A model generated the notes under the pieces. That model searched no databases. It was not told the DNA's origin and saw nothing but the letters and a program-made list of their open reading frames with translations. From Oopsacas minuta (lineage: Eukaryota > Animalia > Porifera): a DNA stretch of 64,000 bases. The position numbers and the translations under genes are program-made. Positions 10,222-20,152 of the stretch are shown one piece after another; position 1 is the stretch's first letter; every line of letters begins with the position of its first letter. The DNA lies in NCBI GenBank assembly GCA_024704765.1, contig JAKMXF010000221.1, forward strand, positions 186,001 through 250,000, written 5' to 3'.

Positions 10222-13200
10222 ATGGCAGAAGTTAGTGGAGACAGGAGACGTATCCTCATTAAGGGGGGTACCGTTGTAAATGATACTCACATGAAGAAAG
10301 CAGATGTGTTTTGCGAAGATGGACTCATCAAACAAGTCGGAGAGATAGGTAACCATTATTTAATTGAAGCTCACTATTTATGGTGTTAATTGTATGATTC
10401 ATTTAGGTGATGTCCCTTCAGATACTCAGGTAATAGATGCAGCTGGTAAATGGGTGATACCAGGAGGTATAGACACCCATACTCATATGCAGCTACCCTT
10501 CATGGGGACAGTTGCTGTGGATGATTTCTATATCGGAACTCGTGCTGCTCTGGCTGGAGGAACTACTTTCTTGATTGACTTCGCTATCCCAATGAAAGGT
10601 GTCCGTCCATTGGATGCGTTCAAGCAGTGGAAGGGATGGGCAACCCCTAAGGTGTGCTGTGACTACTCGCTACATGTTGCCATCACTTGGTGGAGTGATC
10701 AAGTAGGGAAGGACATGGAAGTGTTGGTACGAGAAGAAGGGGTTAACTCTTTCAAGATGTTCCTCGCATATAAAGATGTGTTCCAGCTCAGCGATCATGA
10801 GCTTATACAAGCATTCAAAGCGTACGTTAATCTTACTTAGAAAACACAATATTAAATATTCGATACTACAGTGCCGGTCAAAAAGAATTGCTCAGAATAA
10901 ATTTACCCCAAATTCTTATATCTATGACTGATTTTAACAATAATGCTTTATTATAATCAAGTAAATTGTTGTTAGTATTTAGTAGTACCTCCTCTTGCTT
11001 GAATTACAGCTTTACATCTTTGCGGCATACTCTCAATTAGAGTATGGAGCCTGTTAATGTCGATGCTATCCCAAGTGCTTAATATGGCATTCCACAACTC
11101 TGAGTGGTTGGATGGGCTTTTCTCTTGAATTCTGAGGGAGATGTGATCCCAGAGATTCTCAATCGGATTTAGATCAGGTGACTGAGCAGGCCAATTCATA
11201 ACCTCTATTTTTTGCTCACCAAACCATTGCTTAGTACCCTTTGACTTATGGCATGGGGCGTTGTCTTGCTGAAAGGTCCAGTCAGAATGTAGAGAATGCA
11301 AATCAACGCTTGGGATTAGTGCATTTTCCAATATATCAATGTAGGAATTTGTCTTGAGGTTCCCAGATACTTTCCACAAGAGTCCTACGCCACTCCAGCA
11401 AAAGCATCCCCAAACCATGATGCCACCTCCACCAAACTTGCAAGTTTTTTGAAGACACCTCTCTGAGAACTCCTCCCCTTTCATCCTCCTGACGTAGGCT
11501 CTCCCGTCATTAGTATACAGAAGGAACCTAGATTCGTCACTGAACACCACTCTTGCCCATTCTTCAGTATTCCAATTCTTGTGCGATCTTGCGAAGGAAA
11601 GTCGGTCTCTTTTGTGCTTGGTAGTAAGGCGGGGCTTCCTTCGCGGTTTTCGTCCGAACAGTCCAGCCCCTCGTAACCTTCTCTGAACTGTTGAAGTGGA
11701 AAGTTTTATCGAATATTCTGATAACACTTCAGCTTTGATCTGAGTAGCAGTCTTAAATCGATCCTTTTTGCATTTTCTGACCAATAAATTGTCTTGCCTT
11801 TTGGTTGTGACACGAGGCCTACCCGGAATAGCGAGGTCTCTTACCGTGCCAGTCAGCCTGTGTTTCTTAAGGATCTCGGCTACACTTTTTTGGCTACACC
11901 CAACCATTTTAGCTACCTCCCTCTGAGTATGGCCACTTTCTGAAAGTAGGATCAGGTTGGCTCGATTTTCAATGGAAATTCGGGGTTTAGAAGGTATTGA
12001 AAATTCGATAAAAACAGATAAATTGGAAAAAAAAGAATACAAAATAAAAACTGTAAGTTGTGCAAATATAATGAATGGATTAGCTGTGTTGGTGTGTTAC
12101 TTGTCAAAATACATACGGCTGAGTATGGTTTCGCAAGAATTCAACTATCTGGTCAGTGTATACAATTTGACATTTACTATACTGTATACATTCATTTTGA
12201 GCAATTCTTTTTGACCGGCACTGTATATTATTTTGCTATTTCCTTAGATGCAAATCAGTAGGTGCTTTGGCACAGGTTCACGCAGAGAATGGAGATTTGA
12301 TTGCAGAGCAAGCAGAGAAAATGGTGAAGTTAGGGATAACAGGTCCAGAAGGTCATGAGATGTGTAGGCCTGAAGAAGTAGAGGGCGAAGCTACCAACAG
12401 AGCTATAGTCATTGCACATGAGGTCAGATTTTCTTATTTTATCAATTATTCAGTCTTTTGTAGTGATTATGCAATATTACAAGAGTACATGTTCTAATTG
12501 TAATTATTCAGAACTATTAAGTAGCTAGTAGACACAATTCCATGATTACATGTACGTTTGTATGAACTATTGTAATTATGCACTATTGAGTCTAACCAAA
12601 AGATAGGCGAGTTGATTTTGGCGTTCAGCATTTGTAGCTTGTTTGTGCTGAGCTAGTCACTATGAAGACATATACCTATGTAGGTCAATAGGTCGTTAAT
12701 TATTTATCCCAAACTAAATAAATAATAACATGTTTGTATAATTATTGTTTTCGATAAGTGATATTGGTTGCCATCAAATATCCAAGAAATAATCGAGAAA
12801 CAAAATAACAGCCGTTACAAGATAATAGTTTATCTGTTACACTCTCTCTTCACTGTTCCATTTTCTTCAGATAAGCTCCAAGATTTCAGCTGTGTACGAT
12901 TGTCTGACTGTATATTAGTCAGTTTCTTTCAGCCTTATCCTTATCTGTTGTTCGTGTGGAGTGACAATTGAACGTTACAGATCCGTTATAATTGATTGAT
13001 GCTACATCTCTAACTTCCATGTAATACATGAGAGAAGTTTATGCATAAACTTCGTTCTGATTTGATCCTATTTATACTCTTTCCAGAGTTTCCAATGCTA
13101 TTGTGATTGAATAACAACAATTGACAGTTTGACTATTACAATAATACACTTTACTCAGACACCCATGCGCGAATCTATTCTTTAAAGTATTAAGACATAA

Positions 13201-15287
13201 TCATCCCTATTATCCTGTAACCTGATGAATATAAACAATATCTTTCTATTGATTAATATTTGGAGGATTTTTAATTTATTTAGCACTAGAAACCGCACGG
13301 AGTAATATTTATAATATTGTATAATATTCTATGTAAGTACTTGACAGCCATTTTCAGTGATAAGGACTGCTCTCTCGTATTGTGCAGACTTCTTACCATC
13401 TATGCTTACCACGCTCCATTCGTCACTTAATAGTGTTATACCTTCTTTCCCGCTCATTACTGCTGGCTCTATAGTGAAACACATTCCAACTTCCATCTCA
13501 CTCTCGTCCCAATTCACATGGTGCATAACATTAGGCCACAAGTGTAACTCTCTTCCTAAACCATGTCCGCAGTAGTGTTTACATATCCTGAATCCCTCGC
13601 TAGTCACGATGCTCTCTATAGTAGATCCGATCTTATTCATTTTAGCACCAGGCTTGCATATACTAATTGCTGCGTTAACAGCTCTTCGTACGGTCAGCAC
13701 TAAACGCTTACTCTCTTCATCTCCCTCTCCAATCATAAATGTGTCAGATACGTCTCCATAGTAACCACAGTGATACACTGTTATGTCTACGTTTACAATA
13801 TCTCCGTTATTAAGTACTTTAGATCTACAGGGAATACCATGCAGCAGCACTTCATTAACTGACGTGCATACAGACTTGGGAAACCGGTGAAAGTTAAGGG
13901 GTACCGGATAAGCATTTGCTTCTATTATTTTGTTAAACACAAGATCGTCTATGTCACCTGTTGAGATCCCAATCTTCAACTGAGTTTCTACGAAGTCTAA
14001 AACATTTTTCGCAATTTTACATGCTTCCTTTAGCTTGTTTATTTCTTCTATTCTAGAGATAAGGTGAATTCCTGGTGGCTTAGTTTTGAGCACTCCTGAT
14101 TTAGCGTAATAGGGTGTTTCTATGTGTTCTGGGATGTGACGGCCCCAAACAGTGAGTGCACGGACACTCTGTGAGGCTTGTTTGCATATTCGGGTTTGTA
14201 CAGCTATCAACATGTCAATGTCGGACAAGATTATATATGTATATATTTGATATGTATAATATTACTGACATATTTGATGATTACTGTCTGTTATTAAATG
14301 CTCTAAAACTGCTAATTATTGTGTTTGCATTTTATTTTATAGTTAAACTGCCCGTTGTATGTGGTACACGTGATGAGTAAGAGTGCTGCTAACGCTATAA
14401 TCCGAGCTAAAGAGAGAGGTTGTGTGGTGTTTGGAGAACCAATAGCAGCTGGCCTAGGCACGGACGGTACTCACTACTGGAGCACGTGTTGGAGACATGC
14501 TGCTGCCCATGTGATGGGTCCCCCACTCCGTCCTGATCCAACTACTCCTGCTGTAAGATGATAATTTATAGAGTTACTATTCCTAGAGTCATATGTTGCT
14601 ACCATTTTATTTCTATTATTCTAGCTTCTAATCAATAATTTACTCCTCCTTAGTTTCTAATGGACTTGTTAGCCAATGGATACTTAGATTGCACTGGTAC
14701 AGATAACTGCACATTCAATGCTAACCAGAAAGCGATGGGAAAGGATGATTTCAGGAAAATCCCTAATGGAGTGAATGGAATTGAAGATAGAATGTCAATT
14801 GTCTGGGAGAAAGGTTATATGACTGGAAAGTTAGATCCTTGCAAGTTTGTAGCAGCGACTAGTGCTACAGCAGCAAAGATATTCAATGTATATCCCCAGA
14901 AAGGTATATCACTTCTCTACAGTTCAAGGAATTTAATTATTGTTTGTATGTTATGTAGGCTGTATAGCAGTAGGATCAGATGCTGACATTGTCGTGTGGG
15001 ATGGCGAGGGATCACGAGTGATCTCTGCCAAAACACATCACCATGCTGTAGACTTCAATATATTTGAGGGGATGGAGGTACATGGTATCCCAATTTATGT
15101 TATATCTCAGGGACGAGTCTGTCTTGACAATGGAAAACTGACTGTGGAGAAAGGAGTTGGTCGGTATATCCCACGTCCCCTACACGCCCCCCACGCTTAT
15201 GAACGCATCCTGCAGAGAGACAAGTTCTGCCAGCCCAAAAAGGTGGAACGTGAGCCCTATACAGGCCCTGTTATCCAGCTAAAATAA
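10222..15287 (+). CDS. DPYS: Dihydropyrimidinase (about 501 aa); exons 10222-10348, 10407-10821, 12248-12422, 14343-14552, 14654-14903, 14959-15287
   Basis: Phase-consistent exons. Metal-binding GGIDTHTH, carbamylated-Lys [21 protein letters not shown] and GTDNC motifs are all intact. Confidence 0.93.
10869..12223 (-). mobile_element. Tc1/mariner DD34E transposon, 1355 bp, inside DPYS intron 2
   Basis: Perfect 26-bp TIRs CAGTGCCGGTCAAAAAGAATTGCTCA (10869-10894 and 12198-12223), with TA target-site duplication at 10867-68 and 12224-25. Confidence 0.97.
10972..11997 (-). CDS. Tc1 transposase; open frame, but the expected start codon reads ATA
   Basis: HTH region, [16 protein letters not shown] and [11 protein letters not shown] motifs with 34 residues between the second D and E. 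The ORF-track start at 12042 is TTG. Confidence 0.85.
   Translation of the reverse strand: MPSKPRISIENRANLILLSESGHTQREVAKMVGCSQKSVAEILKKHRLTGTVRDLAIPGRPRVTTKRQDNLLVRKCKKDRFKTATQIKAEVLSEYSIKLSTSTVQRRLRGAGLFGRKPRRKPRLTTKHKRDRLSFARSHKNWNTEEWARVVFSDESRFLLYTNDGRAYVRRMKGEEFSERCLQKTCKFGGGGIMVWGCFCWSGVGLLWKVSGNLKTNSYIDILENALIPSVDLHSLHSDWTFQQDNAPCHKSKGTKQWFGEQKIEVMNWPAQSPDLNPIENLWDHISLRIQEKSPSNHSELWNAILSTWDSIDINRLHTLIESMPQRCKAVIQARGGTTKY
13329..14213 (-). CDS. METAP1D: Mitochondrial-type methionine aminopeptidase 1D, intronless, antisense-nested in DPYS intron 3
   Basis: [35 protein letters not shown] and SAQYE motifs. First in-frame ATG at 14213 (the track start 14228 is TTG), followed by an Arg-containing, acid-free N-terminus resembling a transit peptide. 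Confidence 0.9.
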   Translation of the reverse strand: MLIAVQTRICKQASQSVRALTVWGRHIPEHIETPYYAKSGVLKTKPPGIHLISRIEEINKLKEACKIAKNVLDFVETQLKIGISTGDIDDLVFNKIIEANAYPVPLNFHRFPKSVCTSVNEVLLHGIPCRSKVLNNGDIVNVDITVYHCGYYGDVSDTFMIGEGDEESKRLVLTVRRAVNAAISICKPGAKMNKIGSTIESIVTSEGFRICKHYCGHGLGRELHLWPNVMHHVNWDESEMEVGMCFTIEPAVMSGKEGITLLSDEWSVVSIDGKKSAQYERAVLITENGCQVLT

Positions 15288-15480
15288 TTCTAATAGGACC
15301 CTATCTCTATTCTTCTAGATACTAGATACTTATAGACCAGCTAATTCTATTTTTTACTTCAATATATTTTTCTCGAATTATTATTATTATATAATAATAT
15401 TTCTCCATCTATATTACGAATAGTTGAGATTTAAGCTAGGCAATGCTTTAATATATACCTCAAATATTTGCAGAAGTTGT

Positions 15481-15520
15481 TTAACAGGCTATAACAGGCT
15501 ATAACAGGCTATAACAGGCT
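15481..15520. repeat. 10-bp tandem repeat (ATAACAGGCT) x4
   Basis: ttaacaggct ataacaggct ataacaggct ataacaggct. Confidence 0.9.
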
Positions 15521-16679
15521 GATAACGTATGTATGAGGAGAATTTTTAGGATTAACTTCCAATTAATGTAGACCATATATTCCTTTTAGTATGTATTATC
15601 TAATTATGTTATCCTGCAGGCCTGCATTAAATTCTACATAATTACCCCTACCTTTAACTAACATGTATATGGTTTTGCTCCAGTATGACTTTACTTGAAC
15701 AAATGAAATTACAATATTGTCTATCAATGCATTAATCTCATTATTGGAGCATATTTCATAGAGGATCACCCTAATAACGTACTATCATCTCAATTATCCA
15801 ACGTAGTTTTCCTTAATTTACCTCTTTTTTGAATTATATTATTACCGACATTTCGGTTATAGGAAAAATATCAACTGTACTTCTAATATTTGAAGCGAAT
15901 ACCCTGAAAGATATGTAGAGCGGTTCGTTTATAATATTGTTCTTTGTTAAGCCCCCGAAAATTTGGCTGGAGAGTTTTGACAATTTTGTGTTGTTTAATA
16001 TGACGTAATGGATTTTACCGTTAATATTACTAGGAAATGATATGGTCATACAATAATAGAACCTCCCGAAGCAGGAAGATTGGGTCCCAAGATTTGGTCC
16101 CCCCTTTCTCCGCATTCAGAGGTTCATTTGCATGAAAATTGATGTAGTTGAAGCCTATTTTACCATCCACTTATAACCAATTCCACTGTACCTCAAATTT
16201 CCTAGCGACTGGCTTGATTAGAAAATTACAAAAGTATCAGATAATTACCGCTGTTTCTCTTATTAATTCTGAATGACACTTGTCATCTGAATATACGTAG
16301 TATAAATTCAATTTCATCAATGAGTCAGTATTGTAAAATCATAATTCTCTAATTATTTCAGATTTTGTTAAATATATTTACGTTACTCATATTTTATTAA
16401 ACATCAAATATTTATTACATTTATAAGAATATGCAGTTACAGTGTATGCAAAACAATCTGCTGGTCAAAAGACAAAACACGTGAACAATCACAGTAAATA
16501 AAAAAAAACGTAATATGTGCAAAAGAACGATAGCAGCCGTCCAGCAGTGTACAAAGATCATTTTTGCTAAATATGCTAGCTGCTGATAAAAATAATATTT
16601 AGTGTAGAGCTAATATATTATTTTAACAATTGCAAACCAGTAAACACATACGGATTTGTTAGTTTTGGATTCTCTCTCT

Positions 16680-16982
16680 TTATAACATCCTGATTAGATG
16701 GTTAGCCATATCATTTAGAGAGAAACACTCTTTCCGAAGCACTATTAATTCATCCTGGAGCAATTGCTTCATTTCCTCCAAGCGTTCGATCTCTCGGTTT
16801 GTTTCATCCCTCTTTGCTGCATCGTACATTTTGGCCCTTTCAATTCTGCGGAGGTTTTTTATCGCGTGCTTTTTCTCCTTGGAGAGCTCCGACTTTTTCA
16901 ACTCTTGGTTAAGTGATTTAATCCTGAGATGTACAATATCGTATCTTGATATTGGATATTCTGCGTTTCCTCTCCCTGACAT
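16680..16982 (-). CDS. 100-aa small Maf/CNC-like bZIP with a degenerate basic region
   Basis: Extended homology region DIVHLRIKSLNQELKK, RR...Y...R basic region, and five Leu in perfect heptad register (LEEMKQL LQDELIV LRKECFS LNDMANH L). Confidence 0.7.
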   Translation of the reverse strand: MSGRGNAEYPISRYDIVHLRIKSLNQELKKSELSKEKKHAIKNLRRIERAKMYDAAKRDETNREIERLEEMKQLLQDELIVLRKECFSLNDMANHLIRML

Positions 16983-17262
16983 TTACAAGACTTTATTCTA
17001 GCAATTTTTTTAACTATTGCTCATTTGAACACACAATGAGTTAATTCACTTTGCAGAGATTCTGTGCCTTTTATATAATACACATTTCTTGATCTAAATG
17101 AGTAAAGGACTTACTATTTGTACTTGTATTGATTTGATAGATGTGTATGGAATGCAAAAATGTGTGTTTATTTATAGGAGAATAGTTTGATTTTCATGTG
17201 ACTTGCTGGAAGAGGGAATGAATAACAAAACATTCCTTGGGTACTCGAATTATTTAGCTATT

Positions 17263-17394
17263 CAATAGAACCTCGTTAATACGTACGCGTACGTCCACGA
17301 ACGAGCAAACGAAATGTGTACGTATAACGGAGCAATATAAATTGAAAAATCCAGAAATTCGTATTTCTGTGCTCGTACTAACGAGGTTCTATTG
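17263..17394. mobile_element. 132-bp MITE with pogo/Tigger-like TIRs
   Basis: CAATAGAACCTCGTTAATACG (17263-17283) matches the reverse complement of 17374-17394 at 20/21 positions. TA follows the right end. Confidence 0.8.
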
Positions 17395-18618
17395 TAAATT
17401 CCGATCATTACGCACACTCACTGATTCTGATAATTATAATTATTTAGACTCTTGAGTATTTTGTGTCTAAATTTGAAATATTTATACTTATACTTTTGCT
17501 TGTGTGTCTTTTTAATATTGTCGACATCCTTTCAAAACAATTTGGGTTCCATTTCTATCGTTTGGGTGAAAGTACTGAGCAAATATTCATATCATTGCTG
17601 AGAACTTAGAATGGAGCATAGTACAGGTCAGGCAATGTAGTGATAATTATGTATTAATTACGAACTTTACTCCGAGAATATGTTGGCCCAATTATCCTAA
17701 ATAATATTTGCAATAATTATTGTTGAATTATTGATAGGCACGAATTGACCAAATTTAACAGAGTCTATTGTAGTTATCATTGAATTTTCATAAATGTTTA
17801 ACTAGAGGGAAGAATCCTTGGTAGAAGTTGATTCGGTGAGATTTCCTGGGATCTACAATTTTGGAAAATATTAAAGAAATAAACAAATTCGACTGTACGT
17901 CTGGGCAGCTTTGTTAGTCTCCATATTAGTTAATTTACAAAGGAGACTATATAACAATTGTGAACACGTCTGTGCTCTGGTATCAGGCATCTCAACTTTA
18001 AAGCTACCATTACGACCCTATACATTGCATATAATGATGTATTTGTTACACCCATTGCACATTTATTACTGTCCTATTATGCTCACTTCACTTTCTGTAT
18101 GGTTTATTTTTAGCTGAATTGCTTGAAACATTATTATGCAACATTACACTCCACATCCAATTACGGTAATACATAATTATAGGTAATGTAGCGTCCCTTA
18201 TGAATTATTTTTTAGTTCAAAGCACTTTTGTGTAGTTACTGATTACGCAAATACTGTAATTACTTTACAGCATCCCTGACAATCAGCATTTCCGCAACCT
18301 GTCGGATTTTCCTTTATTAGTCCTTGCCGAGGTTCAATATAATTATTTCTTATTGATAATGTATTGCAAATGAGCCTTCTAGTTTGGTTTATTATCACTA
18401 ATTAAATCTACACATTACAGCTTACGCATCTATAGTAATTATTTTGTTATTAATACAAGTGCTGTTAATTTGTGAAATATGATTACCATTCGTAAATAAT
18501 ATTTGAAAATCTGATATCACTTCTCTTAACTTCTAAGTAATGTGTGTATTGATATCTATATGTCTATTACTTGATATATTTGCTGGAGTTTTGTATATAT
18601 ATAGGAATTATCCAGTTA

Positions 18619-19725
18619 ATGGCAACTAATCTCTCTAGTGAGAGTTCAAGTATCGACACAACCTCGTTCTCAATTTTTTACGGACGTGGGAACACCCTAA
18701 TCACCTCTTCTAATACTGTTGTCTCTGTTATTTTACAGAACCGTCCTCATCCAACATCTCTCATTATTGATTGTAATTTGACAGATTTTCAATGTATTTT
18801 GGATTTATCAAATGTTGAATTATCTAATTACATTTCACCTGAAGGAAGAATAGATTATGAATTTCCTGTAGAAATAAATACGAAAAATTTTTTCAAACAG
18901 CAAATGTGCGTATTTTCTGAAGAATATGAGAGTTTGCTTAATACCAATTCACCATTGTCTCTAAAATATTTGTGCCGTGAATATATTCTTAACATATTTT
19001 CGCCTCCTACTAGAAGTAAGCAGTTTCAGATGGATAATTTTAAAGATTTGAATTTAATTGAATTGTATTATCAGGATTTGCTTATTAGTCAATGTTATTG
19101 GAAACGAATCCCTCTACCAATTTCCGTCAAGTTATATCTTAATGGCGTTATGCCTATCTCCACACAAATGAAACTACTCATTAAAAGTAACGGAAACCCT
19201 GTGTTGGGTTCTCCTTATGTTATACGTGTACTGCCTAATGTAGATATTGTAACGATCGGAGGAGGTCAAGGAGGATTAGTTTCTGTTAAATTCGGTCATC
19301 CTGAACCCACCAATTTTGAAGACTATATAATTCTCCCCTATAAGGGTACTAATACCAACATTCATACGTATTGGATTATGATTACTATTGCTCCTAATCA
19401 TTTCGTGTTTGAATCTCTTGTTATTAAGAATCGTTATATATTTGCATCTAACCCTACAGGCAAGACTTATTCACCAAATTCTACTCTCTTCCTGAGTAGG
19501 CCCCATTATGTTGGACCTGAAAATGTATTCACTCTTGTCGAAGGTGATCATTCCTACGCATGGGTTGGTTTCCGAGGTACATCTTATGGTATAAAGAGCG
19601 TTAAATGGAGTACAGCTGATTGTGGGATATTTTGGAGATGGCAGCCTGATCATTACCATCTGGCTGCGAAGAAATTTGACGCTTTTCGTGGTGACGAGTG
19701 CTACTGGATAAACTATAATGTATAA
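18619..19725 (+). CDS. Orphan protein with a degenerate filamin-type Ig repeat and a possible beta-trefoil C-terminus
   Basis: First ATG at 18619 (the track start is TTG). NGNPVLGSPYVIRVLP resembles a filamin-repeat end, and VGPENVFTLV resembles a fascin repeat. Confidence 0.6.
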   Translation: MATNLSSESSSIDTTSFSIFYGRGNTLITSSNTVVSVILQNRPHPTSLIIDCNLTDFQCILDLSNVELSNYISPEGRIDYEFPVEINTKNFFKQQMCVFSEEYESLLNTNSPLSLKYLCREYILNIFSPPTRSKQFQMDNFKDLNLIELYYQDLLISQCYWKRIPLPISVKLYLNGVMPISTQMKLLIKSNGNPVLGSPYVIRVLPNVDIVTIGGGQGGLVSVKFGHPEPTNFEDYIILPYKGTNTNIHTYWIMITIAPNHFVFESLVIKNRYIFASNPTGKTYSPNSTLFLSRPHYVGPENVFTLVEGDHSYAWVGFRGTSYGIKSVKWSTADCGIFWRWQPDHYHLAAKKFDAFRGDECYWINYNV

Positions 19726-19827
19726 AAGTACAATATACATAGTTTGTTTATTGGATCTATAATTTAAAATACAATAAACGTTTATTCTCCTTGCCAAAAT
19801 TTTATATATTAAGCATTAAACATATTG

Positions 19828-19910
19828 GGGGCACTTGGATTAGTGAGGCCCGCCGAGTTCTCCAAATAACTAAATGTGCCCCACAGAGGGCAAAAGGTTG
19901 GCCACCCCTG
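19828..19910 (-). mobile_element. Solo terminal fragment of a hAT-type element
   Basis: The minus strand starts CAGGGGTGGCCAACCTTTT (19910-19892), a typical hAT/MITE terminus. The segment is GC-rich against the AT-rich background, and no partner end was seen. Confidence 0.55.
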
Positions 19911-20152
19911 TTATACATTATAGTTCTTTTTAGAAAATACTCATTAGTATTACATCGTGTATAGAAAAAGAGTCACATTTGCTGTGTTGTAAACTCGTAA
20001 GTTAAGCTATTATCTTATCAACTCTTTGTTAGTAGGTTATAGTCACAGTATGATTATTTATAGACTTATAGTGTTATTTTCCTATACTCGAAAGTCGATA
20101 AATTAACAAGTGTATCACGTATTAGATAGGAGTCTAAAGTAGCCAAGTTTAA

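Noticed and set aside
13329-13400. METAP1D reads SAQYER instead of the usual SAQ(F/Y)EH
   Set aside because: All five metal ligands (D, D, H, E, E) are present, so a single adjacent substitution is not enough to claim inactivity.
15620-16330. Short minus-strand open stretches that look vaguely coding (e.g. DGKIGFNYINFHANEPLNAEKRG)
   Set aside because: They are broken by stops, with no recognisable motif or consistent splice chain. This may be a decayed gene or TE, but I cannot support it.
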